From IMG/VR virus record IMGVR_UViG_3300044611_001420: a DNA stretch of 64,000 nt, one strand, 5' to 3'. The notes under the pieces were generated by a model that was not told where the DNA came from, ran no database searches, and was given only the letters and a program-made list of their open reading frames with translations. Positions 57,157 through 64,000 of the stretch are shown one piece after another (the stretch's first letter is position 1; every line of letters starts with the position of its first letter). A program made the position numbers and the translations under genes. Source of the stretch: a virus.

Positions 57157-60100
57157 ATGGCAAAGTACCTCAGCAATCGTCAAAAAAACTTTAAGATTGG
57201 TATAAGTTCTTATACAGAAGGGAAAACAGTACTTGAAGTTATTGGAAATGTAGGAATAGGAACTACAACTTCTGAGGGTAGAAGTTTATATGTAATTGGA
57301 GATGGTGAATTTACTGGAATTCTTACTGCTAAGGGTTTTTATGTTGATGGTGAATTAATTGGTTCTGCGACATCACTAAGTAGTTTATATGTTTCTGGAA
57401 TTTCAACTTTTAATAATAATGTAGATATTAATGCATCTGCAGACATTTTAAATGACTTAGTTATAAATGGTAATTTAAAAAGTATTGGAGTAACAACCTT
57501 AGCATTTGGTGGTGGCATTACTACAACTGGCGGAAACTTATATATCGGTGGAAATTTAGAAGTTGCTGGAAGTTCTAACTTTATAGGAACAGCAATTTTT
57601 AGGGGTGGGACAATTGGAATTGGTGACTCTACTTCTGATGATATTAATGTTGGTGGTGAATTTGTATCAAATTTAGTTCCAAAATATGACAATACGTATG
57701 ATATTGGTTTAGAAAGTAATAGATGGAGAAACGCAAGATTTTCTGGTTTAACAACAACTGGTAATCTTTATGTATCAGGTGTTGGTACTATTACATCGTT
57801 AGATGTTACTACTGGTGTTATTGACTATCTTTCTGGTATTGACCTGTATTATAGTGGAATTAGTACTCTTGGTATCACATCTGCAACACAATTAACTGCC
57901 CAAAGTCTTACTGTTTCTGGGAATAGTAATTTTGGAATCACTGATATAACAGTTAACAGTTCCAGTGATGCTCTCAAAATCACTCAAACTGGAACTGGGA
58001 ATGCATTAGTTGTTAGGGATGCTAATCCAGATTCCAGCCCTTTTGTAGTTACTGGTATTGGTTCTGTTGGTGTTGGTGTTGAAAATCCATTAGAAAAACT
58101 TCAAGTTGATGGAAATATCAGATTAGGTTCTTCTGATTCAAATTATATTGCGTTTAAAGGTACAACTGGAGATTCTCCTAATGGAGGATTTACTCACACC
58201 TTTATTGGAGAAAGAATTTACACTCCTGCAACAGAAGAATCCGAACTTCTTATATTTAAAGGGAACGACCACGATTTATCAGTTGAAGGACCAGATAGAA
58301 TTCGATTAGCAGCAGCAGAAATTAGATTTGATACTTATACAATTCCAACTTCAGGTTCTTTTGAAGAAGTTGCTACTTCTGGAAATTTAGATACGAAATT
58401 TATAATAATAAATAGTGGTTTTGTTGGTGTAGGAACTACAAATCCAACTTCAAAACTTGATGTCTATGGTGATTTTAAGGTTAGTGGCATTGGGACTGTT
58501 GAAACATTAGATGCCAATACAGGTACTATCGATTACCTAACAAATACCAACCTCAACACTTCTGGTATTGGAACTATCATTACTTTAGATGCCACTACAG
58601 GTACTATTGATTATTTGACTAATACTAATCTCTATGTCTCTGGGGTTTCTACATTTATTGGAATAGCTACTTTCTCTGGTGACATTTATGTTGGTGGTGA
58701 CCTGTATGTTGCTGATGATATTACTTTTGATGAACTTATTGCTCGTAATATCAATGTAACTGGTATTGGAACAATCGAAACCCTTGACGTAACAACAGGT
58801 ACGATTGATTATCTTTCAGGTACTAATTTATCTTATATTGGAATTTCCACTTTAGCAACCTTGGGTGTTACTGGTCTTACCACAACTAAAAATCTTCAAG
58901 TTATCGGAGTATCAACACTCGGAGTCACCAGTGTTACTAATTTAACGGCTCAAACTATTAATTCCTCAGGTGTTGTAACTGCTTCAAGTTTTGTAGGTAA
59001 CTTAACAGGTACAGCAACTACAGCAACAAACCTTGAAACTGCAAGAACTTTTGAAATTACTGGAGATATTGTTGCTTCACCAGTCAGTTTTGATGGAACT
59101 GGTAATGTATCTTTAGCAGCAACAATTCAACCAAATAGTGTTGCTCTTGGTTCAGATACTACTGGTGATTATATTCAGTCAGTTTCTGGAACTTCAAATC
59201 AAATTACTGTTACTGGTGGAACTGGTGAAGGTTCAACTCCAGTATTAAGTCTTCCAAATAATCTAGTTGTTCCTCAAGATTTAACAGTAACTAGAGATGT
59301 TCAAATCAATCGTAACTTAAATGTAACTGGAAATATCACAATTGGTGGTACAACTGCATTTGTTAATGTTCAAGAATTGGTTGTCACAGACCCTGATATT
59401 ATTCTTGGTTATAGAACTGATGCATTTGGTAATGATGTTTCTAACGATAATACTGCAAATCATGGTGGTGTTGCTCTTGCTTCAACAGAAGGAAATCCAT
59501 TAGTTAATTTATTTGTTACTGGAATTGAGACAGCACCTTCCACATATAAGAAAATTATGTGGTTCAAGGAAGGCACTTTTGCTGGACTTGGAACTGATGC
59601 TTGGTTAATCAATTATGCAGTCGGTATTGGTTCAACACAATTCCCAACTGGAACAAGACTTGCTGCTGGTAATGTACAATTTACTGAAAATGATTTAGCA
59701 GTTGTTAGAAATATTAATTCTTCTGGACTTATAACAGCAACCAGATTTATTGGAACAGCAACAAATCTTGATATTAATGGTCTTACGACAATTAATGACC
59801 CACAAAGTAATGATTTTATAGCACTTTATGATGTGAGTGGAGCAGTTGTAGGAAAAGCAACTATTCAAAATGCTGCTCTTCAAGGAACTCAAGGTCTTCA
59901 GGGAACACAAGGTACACAGGGAACACAAGGTACTCAGGGAACTCAGGGAACACAAGGTCTTCAGGGTCTTCAAGGCACTCAGGGAACACAGGGAACACAG
60001 GGAACTCAAGGCACTCAGGGAACACAAGGTACTCAAGGCACTCAGGGAACTCAAGGAACACAGGGAACTCAAGGTACTCAAGGTCTTCAGGGAACCCAAG

Positions 60101-63100
60101 GTACTCAAGGTACTCAGGGAACACAAGGTACTCAAGGTACTCAAGGTACTCAAGGTACACAGGGCACACAGGGAACTCAAGGTCTTCAAGGTCTTCAGGG
60201 AACCCAAGGTACTCAAGGTACTCAGGGAACACAAGGTACTCAGGGAACTCAAGGAACACAGGGAACTCAAGGTACTCAAGGTCTTCAGGGAACCCAAGGT
60301 ACTCAAGGCACTCAGGGAACTCAGGGAACTCAGGGAACTCAGGGAACTCAAGGTACTCAAGGTCTTCAGGGAACCCAAGGTACTCAAGGTCTTCAGGGAA
60401 CCCAAGGTACTCAAGGTACTCAAGGTACTCAAGGTACACAGGGCACACAGGGAACTCAAGGTCTTCAAGGTCTTCAGGGAACCCAAGGTACTCAAGGTAC
60501 TCAGGGAACACAAGGTACTCAAGGTACTCAGGGAACACAAGGTACTCAGGGAACACAGGGAACACAAGGTACACAAGGTACTCAAGGTGCTCAAGGAACA
60601 CAGGGAACTCAAGGTGCTCAAGGTCTTCAAGGTACTCAAGGTACACAGGGCACACAGGGCACTCAGGGAACTCAAGGAACTCAAGGGACTCAAGGTCTTC
60701 AAGGACTTCAAGGAACACAGGGAACACAGGGAACTCAAGGCACTCAGGGAACACAAGGTACACAAGGTACTCAAGGTACTCAAGGAACTCAAGGTCTTCA
60801 AGGACTTCAAGGAACACAGGGAACACAGGGAACTCAAGGCACTCAGGGAACACAAGGTACACAAGGTACACAAGGTACACAAGGTACACAAGGTACTCAA
60901 GGAACTCAAGGACTTCAAGGAACTCAAGGTCTTCAAGGTCTTCAAGGTCTTCAAGGACTTCAAGGAACACAAGGTACACAAGGTACTCAAGGAACACAGG
61001 GAACACAGGGAACACAGGGAACTCAAGGCACTCAAGGCACTCAAGGTCTTCAAGGTCTTCAAGGTCGTCAAGGAACACAGGGAACTCAAGGTACTCAGGG
61101 AACACAAGGAACTCAGGGAACTCAAGGCACTCAAGGCACTCAGGGAACTCAAGGTACTCAAGGTCTTCAAGGTCTTCAAGGTCTTCAAGGTACTCAAGGT
61201 ACTCAGGGAACACAGGGCACTCAGGGAACACAAGGAACACAAGGAACACAAGGAACTCAGGGAACACAAGGAACTCAGGGAACTCAAGGCACTCAAGGCA
61301 CTCAGGGAACTCAAGGTCTTCAAGGTCTTCAAGGTACTCAAGGTACTCAGGGAACACAGGGCACTCAGGGAACACAAGGAACACAAGGAACACAAGGAAC
61401 TCAGGGGTCTCAGGGAACTCAAGGCACTCAGGGTACTCAAGGTCTTCAAGGTCTTCAAGGTACTCAAGGTACTCAGGGAACACAGGGCACTCAGGGAACA
61501 CAAGGAACACAAGGAACACAGGGAACTCAAGGTCTTCAAGGACTTCAAGGTACTCAGGGAAGACAAGGAACTCAAGGAAGACAGGGGACTCAAGGTCTTC
61601 AGGGAACACAAGGTACTCAGGGAACTCAGGGTATTCAAGGCACTCAGGGAACACAAGGTACACAAGGTACACAAGGAACTCAAGGAACTCAAGGAACTAC
61701 TGGACCTGTTGCTGGTTCAGCAAATCAAGTTGTTTATAAAGATGGCTCTAATAATCCAACTGGTTCTGCAAACTTAACTTTTGATGGAACGACTCTGAGT
61801 GCTTATAATGTTAACATTACTAATAATTTAAGTATTGGTGGAACAACAACAATTGTTACTGCTCAAGATTTAAGAGTTCTCGATGCTGATATTATTCTTG
61901 GTTTCACAACCAATGCTTTAGGGCAAGATGTTTCTACAGATATAACAGCAAATCACGGTGGCATTGCTGTTGCTTCTACTGAAGGTAGTCCATTAGTTAA
62001 TCTGTTTATTGCTGGAATTGAGACATCACCTTCAACATATAAGAAAATTATGTGGTTTAAGTCTGGAGCATTCTCTGGACTTGGCACTGATGCTTGGTTA
62101 ATCAATTATGGTGTTGGTATTGGTTCAACTCAAGTCCCATTTGGTGTAAGACTTGCTGCAGGGGGAATGCAAGTTACTGATAGTAAAATATCTTCTCCAA
62201 ATCTTGACATAACTGGAATTGCAACTATCAATAAACTTGATGTCAATCAATTATCTCCAAATGGTACTGATTTTGGTACTGCTTCTTATGTTCCAATTGC
62301 AGATGGTACAGGAAATTGGAGTTGGGGAACAGTAAGTGCTGCTGGTGCTGCGACAACAAATGCAATTAATATTAGAGATGAGAATTCTCCGCAAGGAAGT
62401 GCAACAATACTAAACTTTACTGGAGATGCCATAAGTGCCACAGTTGCTGGAAGCACTGCAACTATAACTGTTAGTTCTCTTCAAGGATTGCAGGGAACTC
62501 AAGGTACTCAAGGTCTTCAGGGACCTTCATTTGCAGTTGGTGGATTAAACTATTCGCAAACTTTAGGTACAAAAGTAACAGTATTAAGTAGTGCTTCTTT
62601 CCCAGTTGGTATTGTTACAACTACTATTACAACTAATGGAAATCCAGTTCAGGTCACTGTAACTGGAGATGCTGAAAATCTAGCTGCTGGTGTTTGGGGT
62701 CGTCTGCAATTATACAGAGATAATACCCCAATTGGAAACGACATTCAGTTTGAAGGTTCTGCTGGAAGTGAAAACTCCCCATATGCCCTTTCTGTAATTG
62801 ATACTCCTTCTGCTGGAACATATTCATATAATTTAAAAGTTGTAACTTTAGCTGGAGGTAATGTTGCCTTTGGTGAAAACACTGGTCCAGTCCTTTATGC
62901 TTATGAACTTGCAAATGTTTTAGGAGTTCAAGGACTTCAAGGTACACAAGGTACACAAGGTACACAAGGTACACAAGGTACACAAGGAACTCAGGGTACT
63001 CAAGGAACTCAAGGAACTCAAGGAACTCAAGGAACTCAGGGTACTCAAGGTCTCCAAGGACTTCAAGGAAGACAAGGAACTCAGGGCACTCAGGGTACTC

Positions 63101-64000
63101 AAGGAACTCAAGGTACTCAAGGACTTCAGGGCACTCAAGGAACTCAAGGTCTCCAAGGTCTTCAAGGAACTCAGGGCACTCAAGGAACACAGGGTACTCA
63201 AGGAACACAGGGTACTCAAGGTCTTCAGGGTCTTCAAGGAACTCAAGGTACTCAAGGTCTTCAGGGAACACAAGGAACACAAGGAACTCAAGGTACTCAA
63301 GGAACACAAGGAACTCAAGGTAGTCAGGGCACTCAAGGTCTTCAAGGAACTCAAGGAACACAAGGAACTCAAGGTACTCAAGGAACACAAGGAACTCAAG
63401 GTAGTCAGGGCACTCAAGGTCTTCAAGGAACTCAAGGAACACAAGGAACTCAAGGTCTTCAGGGAACACAAGGTACACAAGGTCTTCAGGGATTGACTGG
63501 CCCTATTGCAGGATCTAATACTCAAGTTATTTTTAATAATAACAATGTTTCTGCTGGAGCAACTAATTTTGTTTATGATGCAACAAATCAAAGAGTTGGT
63601 ATAGGAACCACAAATCTAGGAGCAACTTTAAATGTAGTCCCAACATCTACAAGTATTGCTGGACTCTTCTCTGGAACCACATCAAGTGATATGGTTCGTA
63701 TTACTCAACTTGGTTCTGGTAATGCTCTGGTTGTTGAAGACGAAACAAATCCCGATTCTACTCCATTTGTTATTAATGCAAGTGGTTCTATTGGTGTAGG
63801 TACTAACAATCCAACAAGAAAACTTCATGTTCGTGCTGGATCTAATGATGGTCTTTATTTAGATTCTTCTGATCAAACTGGTAATAGTGGTTCCCCAACA
63901 GTAAGAGTTCGTGGTCAGAGGGTTGATAGTAATTCATCACAATCTTTTGCGGGAACTCTGGTTCTTGAAAAATATAACATGAACCTTCCCACTCCAAGTG
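57157..64000 (+). CDS. Very long collagen-like tail fibre, over 2280 aa, running off the window end (cassette C, third gene; not in ORF track)
   Basis: ATG 57157 MAKYLSNRQKNFKIG; the frame reads open by eye to 64000, with VGIGTT motifs and two long (GTQ)n stalks. Confidence 0.85.
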   Translation, partial: MAKYLSNRQKNFKIGISSYTEGKTVLEVIGNVGIGTTTSEGRSLYVIGDGEFTGILTAKGFYVDGELIGSATSLSSLYVSGISTFNNNVDINASADILNDLVINGNLKSIGVTTLAFGGGITTTGGNLYIGGNLEVAGSSNFIGTAIFRGGTIGIGDSTSDDINVGGEFVSNLVPKYDNTYDIGLESNRWRNARFSGLTTTGNLYVSGVGTITSLDVTTGVIDYLSGIDLYYSGISTLGITSATQLTAQSLTVSGNSNFGITDITVNSSSDALKITQTGTGNALVVRDANPDSSPFVVTGIGSVGVGVENPLEKLQVDGNIRLGSSDSNYIAFKGTTGDSPNGGFTHTFIGERIYTPATEESELLIFKGNDHDLSVEGPDRIRLAAAEIRFDTYTIPTSGSFEEVATSGNLDTKFIIINSGFVGVGTTNPTSKLDVYGDFKVSGIGTVETLDANTGTIDYLTNTNLNTSGIGTIITLDATTGTIDYLTNTNLYVSGVSTFIGIATFSGDIYVGGDLYVADDITFDELIARNINVTGIGTIETLDVTTGTIDYLSGTNLSYIGISTLATLGVTGLTTTKNLQVIGVSTLGVTSVTNLTAQTINSSGVVTASSFVGNLTGTATTATNLETARTFEITGDIVASPVSFDGTGNVSLAATIQPNSVALGSDTTGDYIQSVSGTSNQITVTGGTGEGSTPVLSLPNNLVVPQDLTVTRDVQINRNLNVTGNITIGGTTAFVNVQELVVTDPDIILGYRTDAFGNDVSNDNTANHGGVALASTEGNPLVNLFVTGIETAPSTYKKIMWFKEGTFAGLGTDAWLINYAVGIGSTQFPTGTRLAAGNVQFTENDLAVVRNINSSGLITATRFIGTATNLDINGLTTINDPQSNDFIALYDVSGAVVGKATIQNAALQGTQGLQGTQGTQGTQGTQGTQGTQGLQGLQGTQGTQGTQGTQGTQGTQGTQGTQGTQGTQGTQGTQGLQGTQGTQGTQGTQGTQGTQGTQGTQGTQGTQGLQGLQGTQGTQGTQGTQGTQGTQGTQGTQGTQGLQGTQGTQGTQGTQGTQGTQGTQGTQGLQGTQGTQGLQGTQGTQGTQGTQGTQGTQGTQGLQGLQGTQGTQGTQGTQGTQGTQGTQGTQGTQGTQGTQGTQGAQGTQGTQGAQGLQGTQGTQGTQGTQGTQGTQGTQGLQGLQGTQGTQGTQGTQGTQGTQGTQGTQGTQGLQGLQGTQGTQGTQGTQGTQGTQGTQGTQGTQGTQGTQGLQGTQGLQGLQGLQGLQGTQGTQGTQGTQGTQGTQGTQGTQGTQGLQGLQGRQGTQGTQGTQGTQGTQGTQGTQGTQGTQGTQGLQGLQGLQGTQGTQGTQGTQGTQGTQGTQGTQGTQGTQGTQGTQGTQGTQGLQGLQGTQGTQGTQGTQGTQGTQGTQGTQGSQGTQGTQGTQGLQGLQGTQGTQGTQGTQGTQGTQGTQGTQGLQGLQGTQGRQGTQGRQGTQGLQGTQGTQGTQGIQGTQGTQGTQGTQGTQGTQGTTGPVAGSANQVVYKDGSNNPTGSANLTFDGTTLSAYNVNITNNLSIGGTTTIVTAQDLRVLDADIILGFTTNALGQDVSTDITANHGGIAVASTEGSPLVNLFIAGIETSPSTYKKIMWFKSGAFSGLGTDAWLINYGVGIGSTQVPFGVRLAAGGMQVTDSKISSPNLDITGIATINKLDVNQLSPNGTDFGTASYVPIADGTGNWSWGTVSAAGAATTNAINIRDENSPQGSATILNFTGDAISATVAGSTATITVSSLQGLQGTQGTQGLQGPSFAVGGLNYSQTLGTKVTVLSSASFPVGIVTTTITTNGNPVQVTVTGDAENLAAGVWGRLQLYRDNTPIGNDIQFEGSAGSENSPYALSVIDTPSAGTYSYNLKVVTLAGGNVAFGENTGPVLYAYELANVLGVQGLQGTQGTQGTQGTQGTQGTQGTQGTQGTQGTQGTQGTQGLQGLQGRQGTQGTQGTQGTQGTQGLQGTQGTQGLQGLQGTQGTQGTQGTQGTQGTQGLQGLQGTQGTQGLQGTQGTQGTQGTQGTQGTQGSQGTQGLQGTQGTQGTQGTQGTQGTQGSQGTQGLQGTQGTQGTQGLQGTQGTQGLQGLTGPIAGSNTQVIFNNNNVSAGATNFVYDATNQRVGIGTTNLGATLNVVPTSTSIAGLFSGTTSSDMVRITQLGSGNALVVEDETNPDSTPFVINASGSIGVGTNNPTRKLHVRAGSNDGLYLDSSDQTGNSGSPTVRVRGQRVDSNSSQSFAGTLVLEKYNMNLPTPS
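59884..61707 (+). repeat. About 1.8 kb of 9-bp repeat encoding about 200 Gly-X-Y triplets
   Basis: (GTQ/GLQ)n with rare GAQ, GRQ, GSQ and GIQ. Confidence 0.95.
62923..63503 (+). repeat. 9-bp repeat encoding (GTQ/GLQ)n
   Basis: Gly-X-Y from GVQ to GLT GP, including a higher-order duplicate. Confidence 0.95.

Noticed and set aside
59395-62159. Possible DGR template and variable repeat pair
   Set aside because: Mismatches are not adenine-specific, both copies are coding and in frame, and no reverse transcriptase is present in the window.
1-64000. tRNA or rRNA genes, or alternative genetic code
   Set aside because: No cloverleaf-like sequence was seen in the short intergenic gaps, and core genes translate full length with TAA, TGA and TAG all used as stops.

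Overview
This AT-rich 64 kb window is part of a T4-like cyanomyovirus genome (Kyanoviridae-like); a freshwater picocyanobacterial host is inferred, not shown. From 1 to 13.4 kb it carries auxiliary and replication genes: psbD, an LpxH-like metallophosphoesterase, glutaredoxin, thyX, phoH, an exonuclease, gp33, gp59 and gp32, plus three free-standing HNH or GIY-YIG endonucleases. From 13.4 to 28.8 kb is the baseplate and tail block: a split gp53, gp48, gp2 and gp4 on the minus strand, then gp54, gp26, gp51, two paralogous hub/tape-measure-like proteins carrying peptidoglycan hydrolases, a gp27-like hub protein, CP12 and gp5. From 28.8 to 64 kb is a large fibre region built from a three-gene cassette repeated three times, with very long proline-free (Gly-Thr-Gln)n collagen-like stalks, an S74-chaperone fibre, a 2510-aa structural protein and a deleted glycosyltransferase remnant. 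The main leads are: (1) a textbook -1 frameshift signal that would fuse gp26 to gp51; (2) the repeated modular fibre cassette; (3) an apparently circularly permuted Amidase_3 domain; (4) an HLR1/RpaB-like box in the psbD promoter; (5) a divergent psbD 5' end beside a homing endonuclease; (6) the naturally split gp53. No tRNA, rRNA, CRISPR array or reverse transcriptase was seen. All family calls come from motif recognition by eye, with no database search.
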